Source: Phoronis australis (lineage: Eukaryota; Animalia; Phoronida). From it: a stretch of DNA of 64,000 nt. A model generated the notes under the pieces. That model worked only from the letters and a program-made list of their open reading frames with translations. It was not told the origin of the DNA and searched no databases. The stretch is taken from contig NMRA01000314.1 of NCBI GenBank assembly GCA_002633005.1, positions 344,898-408,897 of the forward strand. Reading direction: 5' to 3'. A program made the position numbers and the translations under genes. Positions within the stretch are counted from its first letter, which is position 1. Each line of letters opens with the position of its first letter. Shown here one piece after another: positions 27,105 to 39,885 of the stretch.

Positions 27105-27935
27105 CTGTGAACAAGAATCACATGCTGTTATAGCAAAGAGTCAGGATGTGAAACGACCAATTGTTTCCCAATCTTGTATTCCAACTCATTTATCTTCTTT
27201 TCCATGAACAATTTACATTAATATGCAATTCACGAATATTCATGAATTGGGTGACAATGAAGTCGCATCTGTATTTCTCACATAACCTGGAATGTGTTAC
27301 GACACAACTGGTTAATAACACCAAGTACGTATTTTTTTTGACATCATAAAGTAGTGCTAAGTAGACATCCATACGCCTTACATCTTATTGTCTGTAAAAC
27401 ACCAGAACATCCAAACGCGAGCCAACCAAACAATGCCAGAATTCCGAGAAAGTGACAAAGTTATGATTGACAAAACCGGTGGCGCAACTGTAAATACTCC
27501 CAGTCGGAAGGACATGCAAACAACTTCTTAAACGGACCCATCTTAGGTGGCAAATTCCATATTCACATTTATTCAAACGAAAACGAGCCCCAACTCAAGA
27601 AACATGGTGAGACTGTCTAGTTGTGCCGTCTCAAGGTCAATTCAGTGCTCACGCGTGGGAAGCCTTGTTGACTGTTATTAGAAACATTTTTTAAGTTTTA
27701 ATATTACAACTACAAAGACTAATTATAAGATTCTAACATGAACATTTGCTACGAAAGATGAATGCATTTTGCAATTTTATTGTAAGCTTAAAATAAAACT
27801 ATTAACAAAAAGTAACTGAATTACTTTACATTGCACAATCGTGTTTTTACAAAATTTCCGTCATCTGGTTCAAAGATTTAGACACGTTGAGTTTTTCGGC
27901 AAAAAAGATTGTTTTGCGGTTCATGTAAGAAAACA

Positions 27936-28052
27936 AATCCTGCACTAGTCTCAGATTTATCACATGGGCAAAACCTCTTGGAAATTTCGTCAAAATCCCG
28001 AGGCTTTCAAGAGGTTTTGCCTATGTCATAAACTTGAGACTCGTGTAGCATT
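27936..28052. repeat. Imperfect palindrome of about 117 bp (mini-MITE or hairpin)
   Basis: agtctcagatttatcacatgggcaaaacctcttg pairs with caagaggttttgcctatgtcataaacttgagact. Confidence 0.8.
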
Positions 28053-28334
28053 CTCTATATCTCGAGGACAGGAACAGGAGGTCACTGTCCAGTGAGAGGG
28101 CTCACGCACTCAACGTTCTCTAGACATTCTGTGTTACCCGTTCAACAAAATATGTGTCAACTGTACTGTATCAATTGCGAAAATGCCCCAATAGCATCTT
28201 GTTAATCAACATCTAAACAACTCTAGTAACATCACAATGATACAAATGACTAAGTCTAAAAGACACATTTACAGAGCAAAGCAGTCTGGTAGAATGGCAT
28301 TAGAGGAAAACAAAGACTAGCTACCATGACTAAC

Positions 28335-28573
28335 CTTTGCTATAGTGATAAAATCATTATGCTCCTTGAGTAGAGATTCTGTCTCACTGTCGTTGGTGCC
28401 CAGATCACTGTGTGTGGCCAGGTATGCGCTACCTGTATCTGTGACCCAGTCCAGCGCCTGTCTAGCACTGTTCTCCAACAGAATGAACTGATGGCACTGG
28501 TCCAGCCGACGCTTCTTCACAGTCCAGTGTTGCAGAACTTCGTTCTCATGGTTACGCAGTTGTTCTAGTGTAC
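28335..28573 (-). CDS. TRIO: Trio exon 11 (STLEQLRNHENEVLQHWTVKKRRLDQCHQ...EHNDFITIAK)
   Basis: attag acceptor, AAG|gttagt donor, 239 nt, phase 1/0. Confidence 0.94.
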
Positions 28574-29758
28574 CTAATAGTGAGAAAGGCCAGTAAAACT
28601 AACTGAATTAAACACAAGGCAACATGTAACAAATCAAGATTTGACGTAACCTACCATTTTTAAGAGTGATAAATAAGTGACAGGCAACTCCATGACTTGC
28701 TCAAAATTTGACCACCAGATGGCGTGACAAAACGTTATGATTATGGGTTGTGTAAAGTGCTGACATAATTAGAGGTATCTGTTTCTGCTTCTGTGGTGAC
28801 GTCAGAGGGTAGGCACCGGGATAGTCTCTGGCCGTCCTTCTTCCAGTATCGCACGAAATGTAAATTTGGAGATAACCAAGTTCGTGCTGGTTACACACTC
28901 TTCAATCTTTTCCCCTGATACGATTTTTTGCTGCATCTCCGTATTGCCATCCTCGCTCTATGAGGCGCTTTGTTGCCCATCTCTAGGGGTATCAAGGAAT
29001 CGATAAAAAATGAGCAAATCTATAAACAGGGACAACAGACAGTGGAGACTTCCTTAGCCGTGCCCACCATCCATTTTGATACGGTCAACAGAAATAGACC
29101 CAACTCAACTTCTGTATCGACACAGAGCCCGCCGGTCTAGGTGTGAAGTCAACACAGAGTTTCCAGACGAAACTGACAAAGAATCCCTCTGTTCATGCAC
29201 GCAATATCACAACTTTCACTATGCAGAGAAAAAGAATTGTTAGCGTTCAATGANAACTTCGTTCTCGTGGTTACGCAGTTGTTCTAGTGTACCTAATGGT
29301 GAGAAAGGCCAGTAAAACTAACAGAATTAAACACAAGGCAACATGTAACAAATTAAGATTTGACGTAACCTACCATTTTTAAGAGTGATAAATAAGTGAC
29401 AGGCAACTCCATGACTTGCTCAAAATTTGACCAGCAGATGGCGTGACAAAATGTTATGATTATGGGTTGTGGAAAGTGATGACGTAATTAGAGGTATCAA
29501 GGAATCGATAAAAAATGAGAAAATCTATAAACAGGGACAACAGACATTGGAGACTTCCTTAGCCGTGCCCACCATCCATTTTGATACGGTCAACAGAAAT
29601 AGACCCAACTCAACTTCTGTATCGACACAGAGCCCGCCGGTCAAGGTGTGAAGTCAACACAGAGTTTCCAGACGAAACTGACAAAGAATCCCTCTGTTCA
29701 TGCACGCAATATCACAACTTTCACTATGCAGAGAAAAAGAATTGTTAGCGTTCAATGA
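28536..29758. other. Gap-flanking duplication (28536-29253 vs 29255-29758), probably an uncollapsed haplotype
   Basis: Near-identical copies either side of a single N at 29254; includes the 5' part of exon 11. Confidence 0.85.
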
Positions 29759-29933
29759 AAAACAAGTCAGATCCACAAATGCAATTAGCACACAGCCTCG
29801 GGATGACATCAGAAGCACCTTATTAGGCATTTTGAACGTAATCAACTTAAGTTACTTCCCAACCGAAATTGCGTCATACTTTACAAAATTTATCCACAAA
29901 AGATGTCACGTTGACTTGAAAGATTCTACTCAC

Positions 29934-30045
29934 TTTTGACATTCTTCTCAGGTGCCTGTGACTTCATTGGTGAGTTGAGTATATGCACGTTTCTCATAAC
30001 ATACTTCAAAAATGACTCAGCTGTCCGCCTGGCCAAGGTGCACGC
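29934..30045 (-). CDS. TRIO: Trio exon 10 (ACTLARRTAESFLKYVMRNVHILNSPMKSQAPEKNVK)
   Basis: gtatag acceptor, A|gtgagt donor, 112 nt, phase 0/1; hand translated. Confidence 0.93.
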
Positions 30046-30493
30046 CTATACAATAAGTGACAGAAGGATTTAGACAGTGCACAGTCAGATACAACAACTA
30101 ATTACTATCAAAACATCAGTGTCAACACAATGACAACTGGGACAGACATAAACATTGCACAACATTTTCCACTTCAGAAATCTCAGTAAAGAAGGTCTTA
30201 AAAGAGCATTCATTTGGTCATTTGCCCAAGTGCACATTCCTACGAGTGTATCTTGTAATCCTCAGTTGAGTGTCTACAGCACTAATCTGCTACACGTAGT
30301 AAGGTGGCAGTTTGGTAATCCAACGGCCTGGTCATCACGTCAAACTACCTTACTATGAGTACACACGGACTCGAGTTAAGTGTGGTGGTCACTACTTCAG
30401 AGCACCTTACTGTGAGTACACACAGCCTTGATTACAGTGTGGTGATCCCAAGCCCTGATCATCACATCAGACCACCTTACAATGAGTACACAC

Positions 30494-30640
30494 CTTCAGG
30501 AAGGCTTCCTTCTGCTCCAGGTGTTTACTCAGTAACTGTTGAAGGTACATGACCTTATCCGTGTTGACAGCCTTTTCAGTACGACACCAGTCCTCGTCAC
30601 GACAGTATTCCTTCTCAAGGCTCTCCAGAACGGAACACAC
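30494..30640 (-). CDS. TRIO: Trio exon 9 (VCSVLESLEKEYCRDEDWC...SKHLEQKEAFLK)
   Basis: ttgcag acceptor, AAG|gtgtgt donor, 147 nt; VCSVLESLE and SKHLEQKEAFLK are characteristic Trio/Kalirin motifs. Confidence 0.95.
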
Positions 30641-31535
30641 CTGCAACACGTCACAGAGCAGTGTAATACAAGGTAACATTTTAAACAGTCTTGTTACTGC
30701 CTCAGTGTAACAACCTCAAGCATGTAGCCAAAGGAGGATACACTGCTCACCAACTTTGGTATTGGAGGACAACAAACAGTCCCTGTATCTCTCTCACCCC
30801 TTTGTGGTCAACATTCTGGATCAGCCCCTGGTTCCTATATTTGTGAAACACGACCAACAAATAAACGAAATCCAGCTTAAAAGTACGGCCTCAACATCCA
30901 AGAAATAGTGAGAACGTGCATATCCTGACACACACAAGTCAACACCAGAAATTCATAATGAAACACAAGCGTATCAATTCAACCCAATACAATATTGAGA
31001 CGACGATCTGTACACTTCACAAAGATTTCTGCCCACACCACCAGCAAGCAATTAGCAACGGCGAGTCCCCAAGATAATGACGCAACATTGATACTAATTA
31101 CAACGTATTGACCGAGTCATTACCATGCTGTACGACAATAAAGGAACAATTTGAGATGACTAGATAATGCAAAATACCAGTCTGATCACCTGGAAACAAT
31201 GAGAGATGACGGGATCAAGAATGCGTGCAACCGCAGTGTTGGCTTGAGAGAGTTATCATTATAGCTGTGAGGACAAAAGCAAAGTATCCCTGCCTGATCA
31301 CATGCAATTGTAGAAAATGTTTATATTATCTGACTCATGGTTCAGAACCCAGGAGTAGCAGTTCAGTAACCCAACCAAAGGGTACCACAAGTTATTGCGG
31401 AAATCAAGCAATTGCCGTTCCCCAGTAGAAAAGAACCCATGGACTATGCAATATCGGGAAATTAACCCCAGTAAGTTTCCACAAGACTATATTCTTATTT
31501 TTGCGTCAAATAGAAGCCCCAGTCCTGCCACTTAC

Positions 31536-31727
31536 TGTTTCGGTAGTGGTGAACCAGTTGATAGAGGCCATGACTAGTTTATGTCTTTCTTCTGCGTGGT
31601 ACATTAAATGTTGCCACTTGTCAGTAATGTCCTCCGCTATAGACCGGATCAACTCTGAGTTGTAGTGATTGGCGTGAATCATCTGTTCAGCACGCTGTGT
31701 CACTTGTATTGCACTTAGGTGAGTTTT
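31536..31727 (-). CDS. TRIO: Second copy of Trio exon 8 (probably the other haplotype)
   Basis: Same protein as 33016-33207 with two synonymous differences; lies in the 1.46 kb duplicate flanking the N gap at 32633-32646. Confidence 0.7.
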
Positions 31728-33015
31728 CTGAAAAGTTTGACAACAGATAAGCAGCTATGGAAATACGATTTCATGCAGTAGATGATCAAAGCCTGACTGT
31801 TGAGAACTGACGTCCTTAAACCATACTTGTTCCTTTTCGATGGTGGGGTGATGATAATGATTCGAAACATAGTGAATTAGTCTTTAGCAATTTCAAGAAC
31901 AGTTCCATAAGGATTAATCCCCAACCTGCACACTGGGTTCAATTAATTGTACTTAAGCAAATTGAAAATTAAATAGCTGTTGTACTGCTTAAGTTATTTA
32001 AATAAACTTACAGTAACGTAACCCGTGATAAATAAGATTTTGTTAAGCGAACTAATTTTTGCTTGATAGATTGGACTGAACACTAATGATTTCTGCTGTT
32101 CATAAAAAGTCAATTACTGAAGAAAACACAGTGACTGAATGACCACACAACAATAAAACATGTTCTAGACCCCTCGACTGCGGTAGTCGCATATATGAAC
32201 TTGTACCATTGCATAAATTACTTAGTTTCCATTTCTTCAGTAAACTTAGGCTTATCTCCATACAATACAGCACATTCTAGATCCCCCCTCCCGACTGCCG
32301 CAGTCACATACATGGACTTGTATCATCCCAGAATACACTTAGTTTCCATTGCCTCAGTAGACCCATCTCCATACATGTTGGTAACTACCAGACATAACTG
32401 GGAAGTAACTAGTAATGATGGCGTGTTCCTCCAGAGGGAGCTAAAACACTTTCATCCGCTCCCTCCAGGGCAACGGAAGCTGGCAACCGGTCCATGGCAC
32501 CGTGAAGTATTGCTATCTTACCTCAATGACTCCCTGACACTGTTCATTGTCATGCTTAAGTTGTTCTGCCTCCTTCAGACTGCTAGGACAGATGAACGTA
32601 GCTGTCAACATGGCCTCACTATTACGAATGAANNNNNNNNNNNNNNATGCAAAATACCAGTCTGATCACCTGGAAACAATGAGAGATGACGGGATCAAGA
32701 ATGCGTGCAACCGCAGTGTTGGCTTGAGAGAGTTATCATTATAGCTGTGAGGCCAAAAGCAAAGTATCCCTGCCTGATCACATGCAATTGTAGAAAATGT
32801 TTATATTATCTGACTCATGGTTCAGAACCCAGGAGTAGCAGTTCAGTAACCCAACCAAAGGGTACCACAAGTTATTGCGGAAATCAAGCAATTGCCGTTC
32901 CCCAGTAGAAAAGAACCCATGGACTATGCAATATCGGGAAATTAACCCCAGTAAGTTTCCACAAGACTATATTCTTATTTTTGCGTCAAATAGAAGCCCC
33001 AGTCCTGCCACTTAC

Positions 33016-33207
33016 TGTTTCGGTAGTGGTGAACCAGTTGATAGAGGCCATGACTAGTTTATGTCTTTCTTCTGCGTGGTACATTAAATGTTGCCACTTG
33101 TCAGTAATGTCCTCTGCTATAGACCGGATCAACTCAGAGTTGTAGTGATTGGCGTGAATCATCTGTTCAGCACGCTGTGTCACTTGTATTGCACTTAGGT
33201 GAGTTTT
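33016..33207 (-). CDS. TRIO: Trio exon 8 (KTHLSAIQVTQRAEQMIHANHY...ASINWFTTTET)
   Basis: ttttcag acceptor, ACA|gtaagt donor, 192 nt, phase 0/0. Confidence 0.92.
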
Positions 33208-33999
33208 CTGAAAAGTTTGAAAACAGATAAGCAGCTATGGAAATATGATTCCACGCAGCAGACGATCAAAGCCTGACTGTTGAGAACTGACGTCCTTAAA
33301 CCAAACTTGTTGCTTTTCGATGGTGGGGTGATGATAATAATTCGAAACATAGTGAATTAGTCTTTAGCAATTTCAAGAACAGTTCCATAAGGATTAATCC
33401 CCAACCTGCACACTGGATTCAATTAACTGTACTTAAGCAAATTAAAAATTAAATAGCTGTTGTACTGCTTAAGTTATTTAAATAAACTTACAGTAACGTA
33501 AAGCATGATAAATAAGATTTTGTTAAGCGAACTAATTTTTGCTTGACAGATTGGACTGAACACTAATGATTTCTGCTGTTCATAAAGTCAATTACTGAAG
33601 AAAACACAGTGACTGAATGACCACACAACAATAAAATATGTTCTAGACCCCTCAACTGTGGTAGTCACATACATGAATTTGTACCATTGCATAAAACACT
33701 TAGTTTCCATTTCTTCAGTAGACTTAGGCTTATCTCCGTACAATACAGCACATTCTAGATCCCCCCTCCCGACTGCCGCAGTCACATACATGGACTTGTA
33801 TCATCCCAGAAGACACTTAGTTTCCATTGCCTCAGTAGACCTATCTCCATACATGTTGGTAAGCACCAGACATAACTGGGAAGCAACTAGTAATTATGGG
33901 GTGTTCCACCAGAGGGAGCTAAAACACTTTCATCCGCTCCCTCCAGGGCAATGGAAGCTGGCAACCGGTCCATGGCACCGCGAAGTATTGCTATCTTAC

Positions 34000-34119
34000 C
34001 TCAATGACTCCCTGACACTGTTCATTGTCATGCTTAAGTTGTTCTGCCTCCTTCAGACTGCTGGGACAGATGAACGTAGCTGTCAACATGGCCTCACTGT
34101 TACGAATGAAGCTCAGAAC
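34000..34119 (-). CDS. TRIO: Trio exon 7 (VLSFIRNSEAMLTATFICPSSLKEAEQLKHDNEQCQGVIE)
   Basis: gtacag acceptor, GAG|gtaaga donor, 120 nt, phase 0/0. Confidence 0.92.
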
Positions 34120-34534
34120 CTGTACACGGGAAGAAAATAGAAGTTAATTAGCAGTTGGTAAACTACGACAACTAACGAGCTCCACTTCAGCACCGTCCCA
34201 CTTCAGAACCGTCCCACTTCAGCACCCTCCCTACACAATCACCTGCCAGCTGTGACTCAGTTACTCTGTTGTATTGACACCAGCTCCTGTCTGTTGTTAG
34301 TCAGTCAAGCAGTGGCCAGCTGTATACCTCCACTACAACAATGTCCAACACATGCCCCTGCAAGGATTGAGTTCCATGAATGCAAAAATCTCACATACTG
34401 CCCAGCTTAACACCACCCCTTACATCCCCTTAACTGTCACAAGTCTGCCAACATTACCCCTACTCTGCCTCACCTGCCTCACCTGCCTCACCTGCATTAC
34501 GAACATTTTAAACAGCCCCTCACGTGCCCCCTAC

Positions 34535-34717
34535 CTGCCGTGACTCTGTCTCAAAGTGTCTCAGTTGTACGCATTGCTCCAGTTTCACCCTCTTAGCCTC
34601 AGCCAGGTCTTCCAAATCCATCTCTCGCTCGTGAAGATACTCCAGTAACACCTGGATACGAGTCTGAGCGTCATACTGGGCGTCCGCCATTAGAGAGATT
34701 CCTGACGTTTCAAATGC
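34535..34717 (-). CDS. TRIO: Trio exon 6 (AFETSGISLMADAQYDAQTRIQVLLEYLHEREMDLEDLAEAKRVKLEQCVQLRHFETESRQ)
   Basis: Not in the ORF track; translated by hand; tcccag acceptor, CAG|gtaggg donor, 183 nt, phase 0/0. Confidence 0.93.
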
Positions 34718-36007
34718 CTGGGAATGGATAAATTTCCAATAACAGCTCCAGTTTTATTCTCAGTTTATAACAATAATTAATAAAGCTAGGAAACAATTTA
34801 TTGACCTCCACCTATAATGTTCAGACTCAAAACCAATGATGACCTTTGTCTTGGAGAGTTAGATACAGACTTGGAAGTAAAGACAAGCAATAAAATAACC
34901 TCAGGAGAAGTCAATACTTATTTAATAATACACTTTTATCCTAACATCCTTGGACTTGTGTTATAAAAGGCTCATAATTTAAGACTGACACTGTGAATCA
35001 AACAAGACACAAATCAACCATGTCATATTCAGACACAGAATGGCAACAAACCATCAGACATAAAACATCCTCACTTAGCTTGATCGAGTACAGAATTCTC
35101 CATTTATTTCAGGCATACAAATAATTGCTCAAGTTGTCATTTTGCAATTTTCGAAAGGTCCTTTCATATTGACTTAACTCCGGTCAGCGCACTTAACTGG
35201 ACTCTTAGACTAAGAAAGACAACAATACATGCAACATGGCATAAATTCACAACAAAAATCTTCAGCTCTGTTAATCTGTGACAGCTGCCTAGGTTGAGTT
35301 ACTAAAGGTTAAACCTCAGTGACTAACACACCAATCAATATAAGCCACATATACTGTTACATAAAAACAAGCCCCAGAATTAGAAAAAATGGGATAGTAC
35401 GTGGTTAACTCCCTTTTTAAAACATAACAAAAGCTGCTTTTCAAACCAAATTCGAGCCAGTGTTTGACAACATTAGGTAATAAAAGTACAAATTAGTGGT
35501 ATCTTAAATCATGAAAAAATTAAGGGTAATGCACTTCAGTTCAAGTGAACATATGACAACATTCAACATTAATGGAAAACAGACCAAGGTGGCGAGCAAG
35601 AGCATTTTAACATGAATATTTAAAAGCTGAGATTGGCTTTGACATTGCATATGACAACGCCAGGCACTAACGTCTCTTTAACCTTAACAACAATGCTTTG
35701 GCAAGTTAACATAAAAACCTTATCTCATAACAGAAATGGGAAACTTAACCAATTAATAAAAACTAACCTTTTAAAATTCCAAAAGAAATCTTACTTATTC
35801 TTCCGCTAATTTGAGTAAAATAATTGCCAGTTTTATACTGGTCAAAAGCTGACCTCGGTGCAAAAAATAACTTAACATTATCAAATGGTGTTTTATGACA
35901 TCAGCACAACTTTTAATAATGATAATAATAATAATTCAAAATTTTCTCAACACTAACTTTTGCCAAGACATGAGACAAGTCAAAATGCTTGTTTCCACAC
36001 TGTCTTA

Positions 36008-36067
36008 ATACAATATAACTAAATACAATATAACTAAATACAATATAACTAAATACAATATAACTAA
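36008..36067. repeat. 15-bp tandem repeat (AATACAATATAACTA), about 4 copies
   Basis: Read directly. Confidence 0.9.
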
Positions 36068-39000
36068 CTGTACCTCACAATCCCAGACAGACAATGCAAT
36101 TGTACCTCACAATCCCAGAGAGACAATGCAGTGATCTACCACACAGAACAAATAGTAAACGTAAGAAGTAACGCAAGTTGAACAAAACTGCCCCATCAAA
36201 GCTCCATTTCCTCTTGACTTTTATACCCATTACACAGAGTGTGACCAGACACCTCAACCCAGAGTATAGCAGTGACAGGCAAGTGTCATCAAATGACTAA
36301 CAGCATTATTGAGACAAGTGCAGCACACCTCCTAGAGACCAGCTAGGTGTCAACAGATTAATGAACACATCACCTGATAGGTGGGGTCTTCCAACGACAT
36401 CTATTGACTGTGCTAGGAACAAGGGCACATGGTAGACCATGTCAAACAAAATCAGAGTTCTGGTTCATTACTGGCTGAAATGACCCCATTGTTTAATTTT
36501 TGTTTGTACACACATAGCATGAAATTTACAATCATGCATACAGTCAAAAACTTGGTGCGTGTTGTCTTTGAGTGAAATCAGATGCAAGATGGCGCTGTGG
36601 TAGCCATTTTTCAAACTATTGCTTCGCAAAGCTGGAGGTGCTGCCAGTGACATCATCATTTTTGGCAAAGTTGTAAGCACTGATGTATCAACCATCGTTG
36701 CTGTTGTCAGTATCAACCTCATCAGCAGGTTCTTGATTGTCATTAGATAAGTCGTTGTCGGTGCTGACCTCACCTCTTGATTGTCGTTGGCGGCGTCATT
36801 GTTGGTGCTGACCTCACCTCTAAGTTCTTCAATTTATTTCCCCAAGTGTCCTCAGAGTCTCCATTTTCAGAGAGTGCCCAGGACAAAATGAGAAATGGTA
36901 GTGACACAAACTTAGGGACTTCAGGAACCTTTACCAGTACTATTATTAGGCTAGTCTATCAAAAGAGCAACAAGTGTGAAAACAACAGTCTTGATTCATT
37001 AAGAAACTATTATCTTAACACCATCAGCTCAATGTATAGTGGGTGAAATTGCATATGGTCTGCCATTAACAGACTTGTGATTTGCTCAGGAATTTCAATC
37101 ATGCAGAGAAGCAGAGGTGGTTACTCAGGATGAACCATCACAGTGAAATTGTGTTATGTAATAATTTCCATAAGCAACTTTTGCTAATAAAGTTTACTTG
37201 AACAAGTGGCCTCACTGCTGAAGGACTTCTCTAATTTATACAAAATGAATTGTCAGTTTTTGTTCCTTTACACTTTGCATGGCTTTTCGTCCATAATAAT
37301 TTACGTGAAAAATAATTTGTTCCAGATGAGCGAGAATGAGAATCTGAGATTATTTTTTTTTTTGAAATCAATAATAATTATTATTTTTCCTAATCCTACC
37401 TAGTATGTAAAAGACTTACTTATTGACGAAGTTACAACATTCAAGGCTACATTCCACTGACACAAGAATCTCGCGACACACAAGCTCATCAAAGACTTTT
37501 GTGAATATCGTCAAGCACTGCGGTGACGTGCTTCCTTGCATTATATGGCAATATTTCATGAGGTCTTGCATGATAATGCGTGTTCGAGAGATTGTCCTGT
37601 CTATGGTACGCAGTGTTCTCCGATCAACTGCTTTTGATGTCAAACAAGCACTGTGCATTGAAGCAACTTTGTGTCTCAGGAACTTACTTCAAGCTTTTTG
37701 AAATAAGATGACCTCAAACTGATATTGGCATCCTTTGTGATAAAAACAACAGCTGGATATTAAACACTAATTATAAAGCTCCTATAATGAACCGCGCTTG
37801 GTGAAACTAGAGAAATTTGCCACTATAAAATTACTCAAAACTTGTCCCTTAATTGGAGGAAAAGTGACTTCACACTTTGTTGTTTCTTGTGACCATGCTT
37901 AAATAGGTGACACTCTACTTCATGGCACACAAAGCTGATGCATACTATCGCTGGACAAATTTAGTGACAGAATAACGGTATAATGGTAGTTAGCACTCCC
38001 ATACTATTTGCTTGTTTAATGCCATAACAACAAATTTATTTGGGCTTTTTTACCCACATCGTTCCAAAGTTGTATATTTATACAGTTTCGTACCAAGGCC
38101 CGCTTGGAACACAAAAATAAGATGCCATGGCAAGAACTTAAAGAGCTGATCTTAAGCAACACTGAACTTCAAATCATCTCCAATTTTACTAAATTTGAGA
38201 CTAATATCACAATGATATCCGGTCCAAATTAGAAGTTATACAAGGTGGGTGCGTTCAGACACTTTAAATTAAAATATTCAAAATGAACAAGTTGGACATT
38301 TGGACCAGTTATGGCATTAAGAAAACCAAGACAACCCAAAAAAACAAGCACAGAATATACATGTTTAACCTTCTAGGTAAAAACAAACAGTTTACCTGAC
38401 GTGCTCGTATTTACCTAAGCGTCATTAGTTTGCAACAGTGAGTCTACATTCACAGGTGCTCATCACAAATCTGTTATTGATTAAAGTTACCACGACAATC
38501 AACTGTGCTGAGGTTTTCATAGAAATTATTAATCTAACGCCATACTGACACAATTTCACATATCGAGTTGCCGTGAAAACATAATTTCTAATTAGAGAGC
38601 ACTCAACACCTAACTCCTCATAAATTCCCATGTACAGCTCAAATTAACAGGACTCGTGCAAGGCTGTCAGCAGAGGTAAGACGAGTCTTTGTAATTAAGA
38701 GCCAATTCCAATTTAAAAGATTTGCAAATTGTTCGCAAGAAGAGATTGTCATGCACCAGAGAACAGTAAACATGTTGCATTGATGACTCATCGTGTCCAA
38801 ACAATATTCAATAAGATTGGTTGTATCTATGGCAATAACAATGTTGTAGACACACCAAATGTTTGGCTTTTGTGGTTTCGGTTTTTGAGATTGCAAGTCA
38901 ACTTTCTCAAACAACCTATGGACTCAACTCTAGTTGGAGATCATCTCCCACACTCATAAACTGATTCTCACTCTACATGGCACAGTACTGCTCATCTGTT

Positions 39001-39723
39001 GTCACGGTAACTACTTATGGTCAGGGAAGAAAGCAATAAGACTTTTTATTCAATCAACACTGTTGGATAGGTTTCCTACAGCTTGAATCACTCTCATCCA
39101 CTGACTACATTATACCATCACTAGCCTGTACTGTCTTAACTCATATCACACACAAAAGTCTGCACTAAACTAAGTGCACTTCCCAATCTGGTCACTAGAG
39201 GGTGCTGGCGAGTCTGGCACGCGCATTATCATGGTGATTTTGTGATTTAAAAGCGAGAGAGATGTCTCTTGCTGGAAGATGTCATCAAATTCCCAATGTG
39301 TGGACCAAGCTTCACCATGTTTCACCATTCCAACATCCACTTTCTCACATTTAAAACTTCGGCAGCAAAGTGAGTTATCATTTATTCACAACATTTCTAT
39401 AACCAATGTTTGATTGTGCCAGTTTTTCGTTACAAACTCAAGCAGCCAGACTATACAGTGACATAAGACTCTCCAGATCACACCTAGTCGTGCGCCCCTT
39501 ACGTTTCTGTCATCAGTAAGATGCTATCACCCACCACCAGGAGTCACCCCTAGTCACACACACTGCCAAAAATTCACAGCAACATGGAGTACAAGAATGG
39601 CCCCACCTATCACCCACCACCAGATGACACTATCTACCAGACACGTCCTCCTGTCACTGCAACATGAGGTAAAACCGACTGTACCCTGTCCTCACCTACC
39701 AGCCACCAGGTGTCACTCCTTAC

Positions 39724-39885
39724 CTGACATAGCTCTTGGCCTCGCTGCAGCACATCAAACGTACATTGTTGCATGTGGTAGAAGCTGTCCGAGTGCATGC
39801 GCACCGACTGTTCTGCATGAAGGGCGTCCATACTTAACTCAGTGTGGTTCAACTCTTCCGACCACATCTCCAGCTGCGATGACAT
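39724..39885 (-). CDS. TRIO: Trio exon 5 (MSSQLEMWSEEL...VLQRGQELCQ)
   Basis: ttgtag acceptor, CAG|gtaagg donor, 162 nt, phase 0/0. Confidence 0.92.

Larger units (their letters stand above)
31167..34110. other. Gap-flanking duplication (31167-32632 vs 32647-34110), probably an uncollapsed haplotype
   Basis: Copies abut the N run at 32633-32646; duplicates exon 8 and most of exon 7. Confidence 0.85.

Noticed and set aside
31536-32632. Mutually exclusive or tandemly duplicated Trio exons
   Set aside because: The copies abut an N gap, differ only at silent sites, and the same pattern occurs at all four gaps in the window
37416-37658. 80-aa minus ORF ending at a gtaagt donor, as an alternative first exon
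   Set aside because: It would exit in phase 2 but the next acceptor (34717) is phase 0, and the phase-0 frame ends in TAA; at most non-coding
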